From Tubiluchus corallicola (taxonomy: Eukaryota > Animalia > Priapulida), in assembly GCA_030141605.1 (NCBI GenBank), contig JAQGDQ010001430.1:1-41643 (forward strand): 41,643 nucleotides of DNA. Reading direction: 5' to 3'. The notes below the pieces were generated by a model. That model worked only from the letters and a program-made list of their open reading frames with translations. It did no database searches and was not told the origin of the DNA. This document shows positions 1-12,804 of the stretch, in pieces. A program made the translations under genes and the position numbers. How positions within the stretch are numbered: position 1 is the first letter of the stretch; each line of letters begins with the position of its first letter.

Positions 1-4
1 TAAT

Positions 5-125
5 GCGAGTGCGTGCGTGAGTGCGTGCGTGAGAGAGAGAGAGAGAGAGAGAAAGAAAGAGACGGGAGAGAGTGAGAGAACGAGAGAGAGCGAGAGAGAG
101 AGAGAAAGAAAGAGACGCGAGAGAA
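5..125. repeat. (GCGT)n/(GA)n microsatellite
   Basis: Directly visible simple repeat; explains the ERER ORF at 17..214. Confidence 0.95.
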
Positions 126-129
126 AGAA

Positions 130-765
130 ATTATATTTTTATTATGTCTTTTATTTACCTCTATTTGCAGGTACAAATATACATATACATATACAATCAA
201 CATACAAAGTATAATAAGTAATATAAATAACAGTGGGCTTATATATATCTGTAATACAAGTTCACAGTCTGTGAATTTCCAAAGAACTTTCCTACAACAA
301 GCACAAGACATTATTACTTACGCGTTAACATTCTGACGAAATACATTATTTCGTATACCAACTTATTAATACAATAGCTAAAAAACATATTATATTTTTA
401 ATAAATACGCTGATTTAGCAGGGTTTACATTATAAAAGAATCTCGAACTATATTTATAAAAGCAAATTTCCATCTCTTTCTACATAAATGCACTGCAGTT
501 CTCTATTTTTTAGTTTATCTCTAAATTCTTGTTTAGCCACAACATCTGTAAGGGGACATTCACATAATAAATGCATCGGTGTTTGTTGTTCCGCCCCACA
601 TGTACAAGAAGAATTTGATATTAGTCCAATTCTATACACGAATGCATTAAAATTACCCTGCTCTACTAGCAAACAGTGACAAGCAATTTCCAAATTTCTA
701 TTTACACTAATAGAAAGTTGCAATGGTGTCAAACAGGCTGCCCGAGTAAGAACAGAATCTACCAT
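130..765 (-). mobile_element. 3' fragment of a non-LTR retrotransposon (ORF2 C-terminal zinc-finger region plus probable 3' UTR)
   Basis: ORF 454..765 contains GNFNAFVYRIGLISNSSCTCGAEQQTPMHLLCECP, matching the HG.F..YL.R....S..C.CG...T..H....CP motif at the C-terminus of LINE ORF2; - strand AATAAA near 140 precedes the simple-repeat tract. Confidence 0.7.
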
Positions 766-989
766 CCAGTTGCATCTTAATTCGGTACTTGTTGGTTCAG
801 CGTTTAGCTAAAAAAATCTCTAATTTCCTGATTCTTATATGTCAAAAACTCATTGGGAATATCACCAAAATAACTTGTACGAATATTATATGATCTATTC
901 TCTTTTAAAAATTCACTCAAAATTGCTACATGAAAACGCAAGAAATGAGTTTTCAATGATGGGTCACAGTAAATACTTAACAGCGATTA

Positions 990-1268
<279 letters not shown>

Positions 1269-2209
1269 TCCAACACTTGTGTGATGAGAGCTTAAGTTGC
1301 TGAGTCTTTAGTTATCAACACCGCCATCTTGGTAATTCCCTGCTCTAAGCTTCAGGTAATTTATCAGCTACTTTGGGACTTTGCAGAAAAACATTTTTCA
1401 AATGTCATTTGAGTTGAGGCAGTGTAATTGCACTAACTGCGAGCACAAGCCCTGGATGTCTGCAAATTGTTGTTATATCTTGGCTACGCTCGTTCAATCT
1501 TGCTGCGTAAAATCCACGAAGCCATAACAGCGAGCGCCTGTAAAATATGGCTTCATGGAGAGTTTGCAACGCGTGCATGTAAATATAACATGTACGCCAT
1601 AAAAGATGTGAACTGCAGGAGGCAATAAATAATGTTGTTGAGGGACAAATATCAATATAAATTATGTTCATGTTTTTCAAATTGTAAAATGTTACTAAGG
1701 GAGAGGGACGTATTGAAACAGCACGACGCACGAGGCGATAGTTCTGAATTTCTATCAGCGATATATATATTATAGTTGTTTATATGTGAGTCAGATTACA
1801 CAGTTACTTGTGGTATATTAGTAGCGCTATTATCCAGTACCTAAGTAGTTATGATTAATAACATATATTTGTATAACCCTTTTATCAAAGTAAGCTGCGC
1901 AACTGCATGAGGTGCAGTACTTTTTATTTATTATACTTGTTTGTTTTTACAAAATATTCGCCTAATTAGCCTAATTATCCTAGCTAGCCTGGATACGCCC
2001 CTGCTAAAGGTGACCAAAACACCAAAATTGTTAAAAATGACGCAAGAAATGAAAAACGACTTTAGGATTGCACGTGTTGAACGGAGTTTTAATCATGCTG
2101 TCCGATTATGGTGTTAAAAAACGTTAGAAAAAATGAAGCGGTGCCCCAAGCAACGCAAAGCAACATTTTTTATCATTATAGAACGCTGCGCAGTTTTATT
2201 TACAAATAT

Positions 2210-3643
2210 GAATCAGTCACTGACAGCCATGTAAGTTATTTTAAGCTTCTGAGAATCAGTCACTGACAGTCATGTAGGTTACTTTCAGCTTCTGAGAATC
2301 AGTCACTGACAGTCATGTAGGTTACTTTCAGCTTCTGAGAATCAGTCACTGACAGCCATGTAGGTTACTTTCAGCTTCTGAGAATCAGTCACTGACAGCC
2401 ATGTAAGTTATTTGAAGCTTCTGAGAATCAGTCACTGACAGCCATGTAAGTTATTTGAAGAATCTGAGAATCAGTCACTGACAGCCATGTAGGTTATTTG
2501 AAGCTTTTGATAATCAGTCACTGACAGCCATGTAGGTTATTTTAAGCTTCTGAGAATCAGTTACTGACAGCCATGTAGGTTATTTGAAGCTTTTGATAAG
2601 CAGTCATTGACAGCCATGTAAGTTATTTTAAGCTTCTGAGAATCAGTCACTGACAGTCACGTAGGTTACTTTAAGCTTCTGAGAATCAGTCACCGACAGT
2701 CATGTGGGTTATTTAAAGATTCTGAGAATCAGTTACTGACAGTCATGTAGGCTATTTGAAGCTTCTGAGATTCAGTCACTGCCAACCATGTAGGTTATTT
2801 GAAGCTTTTGATAATCAGTCACTGACAGCCATGTAGGTTATTTTAAGCTTCTGAGAATCAGTTACTGACAGCCATGTAAGTTATTTTAAGCTTCTGAGAA
2901 TCAGTCACTGATAGTCACGTAGGTTACTTTACGCTTCTGAGAACCAGTCACCGACAGTCATGTAGGTTATTTAAAGATTCTGAGAATCAGTTACTGACAG
3001 TCATGTAGGCTATTTGAAGCTTCTGAGAATCGGTCACCGACAGTCATGTAGGTTATTTGAAGCTTCTGAGAATCAGTCACTGACAGTCACGTAGGTTATT
3101 TGAAGCTTCTGAGAATCAGTCACTGACAGTCATGTAAGTTATTTTAAGCTTCTGAGAATCAGTTACTGACAGCCATGTAAGTTATTTTAAGCTTCTGAGA
3201 ATCAGTCACTGACAGTCACGTAGGTTACTTTAAGCTTCTGAGAATGAGTCACTGACAGTCATGTAGGTTATTTGAAGGTTCTGAGATTCTGTCACTGACA
3301 GTCATGTAGGTTATTTTAAGCTTCTGAGAATCAGTCACTGACAGTCATGTAGGTTATTTGAAGCTTCTGATAAGCAGTCACTGACAGCCATGTAAGTTAT
3401 TTTAAGCTTCTGGGAATCAGTCACTGACAGTCACGTAGGTTATTTGAAGCTTCTGAGAATCAGTCACTGACAGCCATGTAAGTTATTTTAAGCTTCTGAA
3501 AATCAGTTACTGACAGTCACGTAGGTTACTTTAAGCTTCTGAGAATGAGTCACTGACAGTCATGTAGGTTATTTGAAGCTTCTGAGAATCAGTCACTGAC
3601 AGTCATGTAGGTTATTTGAAGCTTCTGACAATCAGTCACTGAC
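2210..3643. repeat. 43-bp minisatellite array, ~33 units
   Basis: Unit GAATCAGTCACTGACAG(T/C)CATGTA(G/A)GTTATTT(T/G)AAGCTTCTGA repeated head-to-tail with no unique spacers. Confidence 0.97.
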
Positions 3644-3741
3644 GGCTGAAATCAGGGTTAAAAGATGGACCAGCGCATTTACATTTTAAAAATACGATAC
3701 GCTCCATCTGTTGATGTCGCGCAATCCTGTTCATCGCCACC

Positions 3742-3857
3742 GCCATCGTCCACGATGCATCATCCCTCAAATCTAGAGTTGCATTTGCTAAATATTTTTG
3801 CAGTATGCCTATCAGTAACTGACCACCTCTCGGCTTTTTTTTCGTTTCAAGAGCGTT
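3742..3857 (+). repeat. Dispersed repeat, copy A (second copy at ~25097-25220)
   Basis: GTCCACGATGCATCATCCCTCAAATCTAGAGTTGCATTTGCTAAATATTTTT...CTCTCGGC...TCGTTTCAAGA recurs with few differences at ~25100. Confidence 0.8.
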
Positions 3858-3959
3858 ACATAACGCTATAGGAAGAGGAGACTCTTGAGGTAATCTTAGT
3901 ACATGACTAGGTCAATGCAATCTTCTTACTTGGATTCGTTTACTCCAAGGATTCTTTAC

Positions 3960-4083
3960 CACATTATGCACATCATCATTCTGTCATGATAATTTCACAT
4001 CTAACAACTTTCTATAGAGACGTCTTTGAAAAGCGTCAACTTCCTTCTGCGGTTTAACTTTTATTGTCCATATCTCAGCATAG
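3960..4083 (-). mobile_element. Degenerate RTE-clade-like LINE fragment (post-RT region)
   Basis: Manual - strand translation YAEIWTIKVKPQKEVDAFQRRLYRKLLDVKLS*QNDDV resembles the RTE motif YG.ETWT.......LDAF.RR.LR.IL....... NEEV. Confidence 0.55.
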
Positions 4084-5644
4084 TCGACAAGTGCCTTTAA
4101 ACTCTGGCAAATAATTTTTACCTAAAATCAGCATCGGCTCAACGACGTTTCATATGAAACCACCTAATCCTCTTAGCAGTTCCTCATATGTTACACAGCC
4201 AGTACTGGGAGATGTAGTTTAGTCAAAAAGATCGAAGCGTGGGTGGATTTTAAATTATAAAGCGTACGAGATCGCGCAACTTGATGGTCAAAACTATTGG
4301 TAGCTGTGGGCAAGCAATTGGCTTCGCTGCGTAAATTGTTGGCTACATGAAGCGGCGGTTTCTGGTGCTAAAAGCGTCGCAGATGTTTGGTTTCCCATGT
4401 TGGCGGTTAATGTCAATAAGACTCTGTAAACTTATTTATTAATTAAGCGGCTAAATCCAATCTCTCCTACGGGATTAATCCAACCGTTTCCATTCCGAGA
4501 TTACACAGAATAAATGCGTGTTGCCTTTAGCCATGTAGCAATAAAGTCTGGAACTTATTAGCGACGTATTGCCAGGTAAGTGGAATTCTGAACAGTTCAG
4601 TTAGTTTTAAGGCTTCCCAAAACTCATTAGGCCAGACAATTTCCGAATTCCAGGAAAAGCACTTGTGGCGACAGCAGCACAAGTTTCAAGATAAACTCTG
4701 GAACTGTTTGAGAAAATGATATTCGCGCCAAAGAGGAAAATAAGCGTAGGAAAAAGAAGAGAAAAAGAAACGCGTATTCTTACAAATTTTGTAAAGTGTA
4801 GAAAAATAAAAAATAAAAGTACAGGAGGTAACTGAGCCTATATATAAATGTAACCTTGCGAATGGACACTAGAGTTATTAACAAATTAAGTTCGCAACCT
4901 ACGCAATATTTTAATGTCACGTATACGTTTTTAAATAAATTAATGATTAATAATTAATGATTTTTATATGTAATAATTTTTGATGACGATATACCATGTC
5001 ATGTTTACTTTTCTGTGACACGTAATATGAAAAACTGATTAATTAATTAATTGCGTAATTAACTGCCATTTCGCTCAACACCAAATCTTAATTGTAATTA
5101 ACTACAATTAATTTGGCTAACTACTGCAACGCCAGAAATTTGTTGATCTAATATGTTGAAAAAAGGCAGCAAACCCTGTTAGTAACTGAACCCGAAAGTT
5201 CCCACACTATTCAGCAAGTTACCTAAGTTCCTCAAAGTATATGCTGCCATCTATTAAACAAGGTGAATTACATTTACAGGCTAGCGTTGCTTTAAATTCC
5301 ACGCAGTCTTGTTGACGTGTCAAGGGCATTATGAGGCGCCCTCATGCAACTATTATGTAACCATTAGAGTTATTACCCTGCCCTGGTAACCGTTACTGCT
5401 AATGCTGCATCAATGGACAAATTCTATGAAAATTTCCATGCATTTATTAATCATTCATGCAAGCCTCGTTTTAGCATAGAAATGAGATTATCTGTGAATC
5501 CCCTGCTACGTCACGACAAGGTTTCATTAAATTATCTTAATTTATCACCACAGCTGCAAATTTGAAACACCATTTGCACCTCTGGGATGCATTTATTTTG
5601 ATAACCTATAATAGCAATCGTCCAGTGACTACACCGAGTTGCAT

Positions 5645-6021
<377 letters not shown>

Positions 6022-6660
6022 TCAGACATTTACAGTCCATAGAACAAGAATAAAATAAAGTACAAGTAAAAGCGCAGAGTTACTTTACAGAAACATGGTA
6101 AGCTTATATACAAGAAGAGGTCGTTAAAATGGGTAAATAAAATTCTTTGTCACGACTTAAAAATGTTCGATCTAAAAATTGTATCAGTCTTGTACAACAA
6201 GTTATTAATAACAGTATTCTGACTCAAAAACAGCCTACTTCTGAGACTAAACGCAGCTTTCCTACGTATGCATGAAAAACTTGGTACATTGTAGCTAACA
6301 TACATTGCTTACACTACAGTGACTAGAAAGATTAAAGAGTCCTCTAGTGGCATTATTATAGGTAATACGCATTCTTTCAATATTTCCTTTATTAAACCAG
6401 AGACTATTGCAATAAAACTGTATACAAACTGCTACTCTTAACACAAATCTTAATACAAAAGCGTTAATACTCTTAGTACGAAAGTCTTCACTTAACATCA
6501 ACAGAATAGTTTTTGAACCTCCTAATAATACATTTGGCTCTCGCACATAATGAACCACGTTGATGTTTAATGTCAAAATCATCTTGTAATGTGTTGTTCA
6601 AGATCTATCCCAAATATTTCTGGTCATTAACAATCTTTATTGATTTTGGAAAATAATAAT
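6022..6660 (-). mobile_element. 5'-truncated, degenerate LINE (CR1-group-like RT C-terminus to 3' end)
   Basis: Manual translation KYLG*ILNNTLQDDFDIKHQRGSLCARAKCIIRRFKNYSVDVK*, then after a frameshift FYCNSLW...RITYNNATRGLFNLSSHCSVS; in-frame stops; ends in a (TAA)n tail. Confidence 0.8.
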
Positions 6661-7445
6661 ACGTTTTTGGAGCACAGTGTGTATTCTAATCGTGTGAATA
6701 AGAAGTAGCTTTAAAAGTTAAGCAGTTGTGGGTTTGGAAAGTAGTTACGGATATACTGAACCTAACGGGAAATTGAAATAACCCTGAAAGTGGCACAAGA
6801 CGAAACTGGTGATCTTCCGTTGGTTTAAATTGCTGCTGGTAGGGGCGCTGCTGTGGAACTTATAACGAAAATTTAATGCTGTATTAGATGTAAAATTTTT
6901 GTAAGAAATTTAATCATTTCATTGGATTTTTTTCACTGAATCAACCGACTCAATTTCCGACCAATTATTTGCTTTTGCGTCGGTTCATTCTCACTTCGCA
7001 CCGACAATAAATTCTGGATTCAACATTAGCTTTGAAATGATTTCAATAAATTTTGATTTTTACTTAATTGTGTCCGCCAGCATTTCTACAAAAAAGCAAC
7101 CAATTGCAAGTGCCGCCAAGAACTTGCAGAGGACAGCGAGTGTAAGATTCATTAGTTTAGGTCATTAGCAGAAACAACCGGGGCGTTTAGTATGAACAGC
7201 GTGACGATGGCTTCAGGCTCTGAAGGAAAGCTATTGACGAGTGAGCCTCTGTGCAGTTTGTGATTAATTGCTACAAACACAACCGATAACACTTGATCTG
7301 CTCGAGGCTGTTTCTGACATCTAAGCAGCGTTAGTGACATCTACAGGACTGAGTTGTGCCAGGGAAATCTACAGCAACAGAGAAAGGGAGAGAGAGGATT
7401 TGATTTGATCTATTTGATTTACTTCTTTATTTCAAACTTTCGTTC

Positions 7446-7538
7446 ATATATATATATATATATATATATATAACAAAAATACAAGTAAATAAACGACACA
7501 AAGCACACCATGTAAACACAACACAAAACAACATCGCA

Positions 7539-7569
<31 letters not shown>

Positions 7570-7676
7570 TTTCGCATTGCTTCAATCATTATTATCAATG
7601 AACATGTAAAAATTAAGCATACAATTTCATTCTGCAAATCTTTCTTATACTGGAAGTAAATAAAGTATCAATATGC

Positions 7677-7745
<69 letters not shown>
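7446..7745. repeat. Cluster of (TA)n, (AAT)n and (AG)n microsatellites
   Basis: Directly visible at ~7446-7471, 7539-7566 and 7681-7745. Confidence 0.95.
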
Positions 7746-7749
<4 letters not shown>

Positions 7750-8148
7750 GGGGAAGAGAGCAAGGTGAAAGAAATAAGAAATATAGGGAAAACACAAGAA
7801 GCTTGCACACTTCAGGGGACAGTACCTCCAGCGTGTTCTCTCTACTGCAGTCTATTCCATAGCATAGCAATTATATCGCAAAAAACGTTTAGTTTTCTGA
7901 TTGCCCTCCTTTCTAGAGCAGCATTAATCCCTCCTGTGCAGAAAACATTCTGAAATAATAGAAAATTGACGAAAAGCTGAGACGCTCATAATAAAAGACG
8001 TCATTAGTGTTGGCTTCTCTAATTCTGCTCTGCGTTAATTCAATTTGATTATAGTGGCTGGACTAGGTGAATTCCAATTTGGCTGTTGAGAGCAACCTAC
8101 TCCGACACCTCATAGGCTGTTTATTTACATAGTGGGAGTTGCTGCCTG

Positions 8149-8503
8149 CTGGGCCGGATTATGACCTTTTGGGACTCCAGGCTAATGAAATTATTGAGCC
8201 CCCTCTGACGGAGCCACCATCTAATTTCCTGGCATATTTTTTACTTGTGATATATTTCAGCAACATTTCCATAGCCGAGGGCAGCACATTTCAAATAAAG
8301 GGCTTTAAAGTGGGGTTCTTATCTAAGATAAAGGGCTTCAAAAGTGATTCTTTATTTCAAATGAGTAACCACTTTAAAATTGGCCTCCTTTTTAAAGGTC
8401 AAATTTGATTTTAAGTTACATAAATTATTAGCAATACAAAGTACGCCCCCCCCCAAGCTTGAAGGGCATATAGGCTACAGGGCATATAAGGTATCCGGGC
8501 CTG
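8149..8503. mobile_element. Old hAT-like MITE
   Basis: Ends CTGGGCCGGAT... and ...ATCCGGGCCTG are imperfect inverted repeats; flanks GCTGCCTG / TCTGCATG are a 6/8 match to an 8-bp TSD. Confidence 0.55.
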
Positions 8504-8854
8504 TCTGCATGTTATTAACCTGTATCTATATTAATGAACACTTTCTACGTATATGGAAGATTAATAATTACTAAAGGACGGGCACTCCATTTAATTACGA
8601 TCTTTACCACTGCATACAAGAGTTGAACATAACTCTATCAATGAAAAACAAAAAAAAGCGAACTTATAGTGGATTTGTAGTCATTCTGCTTAATATTGTC
8701 AAAATTTATTTAAAACAATTGGTAACTAAAGCTTTGTTTCTCAAAAATAGTCAAAGTGCTTATCTCTTTTTCTGTTTTTTAATCAAGCTTTTTTCGTAAG
8801 AGAGTCTAAAGCAAACAGAAGGGGAAGTCGCATCGTGTGGATTGCGTGCCATCC

Positions 8855-9255
8855 ACAGGAAATTTCCCGGTTGTGACAGGTTCTTAGAAGATTAAAAATA
8901 GAATATTTGAGGATTTCGTAGACTAAACAGTCAGTGCTTTTAAGATAATTCGCAAGCACATTGACGTCATAACGTAATTCTCAGGCAATAAGACGTCATA
9001 ACTATTCCTACTGGGAAACCGGAGTAGAAATTTCGGTATATATCCAGGGAAGACCGGGAAGTAGGAACTTCCGGCATGGTGTACAGTCATTCATGTGTAT
9101 GAACGTACATGTGGCAAAGTAATTTTTGATTGCTTATAAGTTCTATAGTGAATCGTGAATGTTAACTAACTTTACTAACCAAAACGATTAATGCGTGTAT
9201 AATAATTGTAAGTTCTACAATAAATCTGAAATTTTGTGACGAATTAAAGGTAAGA
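8855..9255 (+). promoter_or_regulatory. Candidate promoter / first non-coding exon of the copine-like gene
   Basis: GGAAATTTCCC (kB-like, ~8859), TGACGTCA (CRE, 8962) and ACTTCCGG (ETS-type, ~9067) cluster together, followed by a strong donor AAG|GTAAGA at 9249; no transcript evidence. Confidence 0.35.
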
Positions 9256-9763
9256 AAACGAAGCACAGGCAACACGAGTACTTGCTGCCACTCAAGTTCC
9301 AACTTATGTGACTAACTTAAGTTCAATGAGTTCTCAAAACGTCGTCACGTGTGTCATGGTTATTCAACTTTACCGGTTTTCTTTTTTAAGTCGAGGGAAT
9401 GATGACGTGTGTAAATTATAAAGATTCTTAAATAAATTTAAAAAGTTGCTGCTAATTTGAATTGGTTAAACCATCATCTGCTACGTCACATACAGCGTCG
9501 TTATAACGTTGCAAAAAATATGAAAAAAACTAGAATTTGAGCATAATATTAATGTTACAGAAGTGTTTTTCTACATGCTTGTATCCTTATTGTGATAAAA
9601 TATATTTATTGATACAAATGAAAACTCAAATTGACCCAAAAATTTCACCTGAAGACAAACTGCAATGGTAATTTGATACGTCGCGTTCTTTCTATATTAC
9701 CTTGTTATTTATTTGTGGCATTTTTTAATAATTATTCATTGTCGCTATTCTTATCATCAACAA

Positions 9764-10141
9764 TAAGCTTTTTCGCGGTTTCATTGTGCGCACGCGCAGT
9801 TGATGTAGGTCAAAAGCTAAATATACCACGGCAACGCGTCTTAACTACAGTCGTCACGTGAAGGCGTCCTGGCCATCAGTTCAGTAGCTTCTCGGTTGTT
9901 TCACGTGGACTTTACTTAATTATGCATTGGTCTGTGCATTAGTGGGATTTACCAGCAGGGTCTTGCTTGGAAAAAAGGAAAAATGAGCTAGGTAAGGTTC
10001 TAGTTACCTGTTAAAACTGTTACTATCACAAAAGCATTGTCTGCGAGGCGTTGTCAAGTGTACACAAATGCGTTATCTCGTACACTTAACCTTTGACCTT
10101 TCTATGATCATCATCAATCGCTAGAACTGTGAAAAGGCTTA
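9764..10141 (+). mobile_element. ~380-bp MITE family X, copy 1 of 3
   Basis: TIR TAAGC(C)TTTTCACAGTT / AACTGTGAAAAGGCTTA; internal sequence alignable by eye with 13695-14081 and 27675-28066; TA/TWA-type flanks, Harbinger-like TIR. Confidence 0.85.
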
Positions 10142-10268
10142 TTGATTTGTGCTACCTGAATATTAGTATCTAAATGGGTATCAAAACATCATTACTTAAG
10201 TTTTTTGTTTTTGATATTGCAACCTGTTTGTTTTTATTTTCAGGTAATGATAATTGCAGGCCTGAACG

Positions 10269-10428
10269 ATGTACTTGAGTACTGCCTACGTTGAGCAAGA
10301 GATGGACTGGTTTTCAGATCTTATCTCGCTCACTCTCTTCTCTCTTGCTTTCCTCACTGGTTTGTTCATCTACGACAAGTTTATACCATTGGTTGTGGAA
10401 AAAGACGTCATCATCAGTTACAAAAAAG
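10269..10428 (+). CDS. Copine-like gene coding exon 1 (N-terminal transmembrane anchor)
   Basis: Acceptor TTTTCAG at 10243; MYLSTAYVEQEMDWFSDLISLTLFSLAFLTGLFIYDKFIPLVVEKDVIISYKK; donor AAG|GTAAT in phase 1 matches the phase of the 12805 acceptor (G|CT = Ala). Confidence 0.72.
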
Positions 10429-10581
10429 GTAATAATTAGTTTTTACCAGATTTTTGCATCACTAGACGACAAATATTAAATACACACTGAATTATAAATA
10501 CCTTCTGGCAGACATTTTTAATAGCAGGTTGTTCTAATAGTTTTGTTTGGCACACTTGTGTTTGACTGTAGGCCCTATGCC

Positions 10582-10683
10582 CTGCATCATCGACATAGAC
10601 TTCACTGCTAGTAATGAATGGCAAGAGCCTTCAATGGGGGAAAGTCTGCACTCAAAGCACGAGAACGAGATATACAATCCAAT
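10582..10683 (+). pseudogene. Degenerate intronic duplicate of part of copine exon 2
   Basis: CATCATCGACATAGACTTCACTGCTAGTAATGAATGGCAAG...GAAAGTCTGCACTCAAAGCACGAGAACGAGATATACAATCCA matches 12953-13054. Confidence 0.85.
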
Positions 10684-11364
10684 ACAATACAAGCCTCATC
10701 ATAGTCACCCAAGTAATGCTTCTGACTATAATGCAAGCAACAATTTGTACAGATATCATGCCATGTCGATTTTATTATTAAATTAATGTAACTATATACC
10801 ATGTGATCATAATGTATTTTGCTATACTGTATTGTTGCTTGGTGTTTTCGTAACAAAATAAACAAATATGCAGTGCACTTAATTCAATAAGGTTTTATTT
10901 AGCACACTTACGCTGGAGCACCTTTTGTTAAAACTTAAGTACGATATCAGCTTTCAGCCCTTAACAATCAATCTAGCTCGCCGCGTGTTATTCCTTGCAC
11001 CATAATACGCCTTGTTTGGCGCTGTCATCTACAAAACTTGCTTTAAACTGTCAGAAGCGATTATACGTTAAGGCAAACAATCAATATTGCAACTCTGTGG
11101 ATTTGAACTTATTGGGGTATTACCACAGAATGTGAGTAGTATGTGTAATTTACTCCCGTACCACTGTGTGGAAGTCGGCCACAAGATTGGATGTTCATGA
11201 AATGAGATAAATCAACCATACTACTGATGTGGTTACTGGCTAAACTAAAATAGTTTAACATCACAGAACTTTATAAAGTTAAAAATGCAGAAAATGGTTT
11301 TTGACGTTATTCATTAAAGAACAAGACAACATTAATCTACCATCACTCATTTGATAGCACGATG

Positions 11365-11550
11365 CGATGGCAATGTGGTGTTAGCACCTGGCTACCGATC
11401 CAGATCCAAATCCTGATAGGATTTTTCGAACTACTTACCTATCGAAACAGGACATTCTGACCGCTTTCGAAGGTCTACGCAGCCTTAGTTGAGTGCTACT
11501 CGTGCATTGGGGAAAGAAAAGCGGCAGAGGAATGGGCTAGGAACGCACCT
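11365..11550 (+). mobile_element. Possible degenerate tRNA-derived SINE
   Basis: A-box-like TGGCAATGTGGT, decayed B-box-like ATCCAAATCC, then CAGCCTTAGTTGAGTGCTAC...GGGGAAAGAAAAGCGGCAGAGGAATGG resembling SINE core segments; recognition by eye only. Confidence 0.35.
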
Positions 11551-12804
11551 GTCTTCCTTGTGTCATAAAGTTTCATTTATGGAAGCATTAATCTTCTGGA
11601 GCACGGATCCATTCTTCTTTTAAAAAGCGATATTAGTGTTTATAAAATGCAACAATGCACTTGCAGTGACATAGAATTAACATCATATACCGTGCAGAAT
11701 AATTTAATGAGTCTTTATAAAAGTGTCTAGAGTTAATTAAGGATAATACAGCCGCCTGTATCTCCGCCTTCTGGTCAACTGCAAAACTAATTTATTATTT
11801 TGAGCCAGACAATATAATAATTAGCGCAGCTGCAAGCGAGTAAAGTAGTCTATTATCAAGCACTAATCAAGTAGTCAATCTGTAAAGCTACGTTCATACC
11901 ACGAGCAATTTACTGAGCCATTCAGGTGCATTGCTGGGCTGTTATTAACATTGGTATGAACTGTTATGCGGTGTATACGTTGAATGAGCCATTGGTTGTA
12001 TAAGGTGCTACAAGCTTTGCATGATGCCAACAGGTAACATTAAAGCACGTAAGAGATAGATCGTTAAGAGAAGAATGGATGAATTCTAATTACACTAACA
12101 ACAATAGTGTAAAATATTTTTCTTCTGTGCCACCTTGTACATTTCATGAAACTGTGTGTCATCTTGGATGTGAAGTTGGTGTCAACATACCACTCGCAAA
12201 AGTAAAATTATTGGAAAATGCATCAGCTGTTCGTAATTGGTGAAGAAGAGATGTGAAGTTGGTATAGAGAAAGAAAACTATTGTTAGATCGCATGTTAGA
12301 TTCTGTTGCTTGTACCATGATCTTGCTTATGTAGTACATTATGTCAGGTAGTATTTACGCTTATGCGTTTTCGTAACTGTATGGTGTCAGCGATTGCGCA
12401 GTTTGAGTTTCTGCAAAATTAAGCTTCAACAAAGATTAATTCCATCTTAACTTTATTGTTCATATAATAAAATTGCAAAAGTAAAATTATCATTTTGTAA
12501 ATAAGTGCAATATTCACAATTCGAGTCGATCTTAAACAATCAAAAAATACAATAAAGAGACAATGCAGTAATTGATTCAGATTCATTTTATTTCCCTTTT
12601 GTACATATCACACTTATAGTTATTAGTAACTTAAAAAAGTACAATTCAAGGGAAGGGTGGCGAAAAACTAAAGATTAAGAAAAAGACTGTTCACTTGACA
12701 GTAGCTAGCAAGTAAATTTTTTCTTCCCCAAAAAATGTCTTTTGGAGCACAAAGCCATTAATATAAGCCACATAAACTGAGAGTGAACTTTCTTTATGTT
12801 TCAG

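Noticed and set aside
2210-3643. CRISPR-like array (regular, partly palindromic repeats)
   Set aside because: Units are contiguous with no unique spacers, there are no cas genes, and the context is eukaryotic; same for 38085-38884
11365-11430. tRNA gene
   Set aside because: Only decayed A/B-box-like bits; no cloverleaf could be built
12783-12804. GTG start of the 298-aa copine ORF
   Set aside because: This stretch is the polypyrimidine tract and acceptor; the N-terminus most likely comes from the exon at 10269-10428
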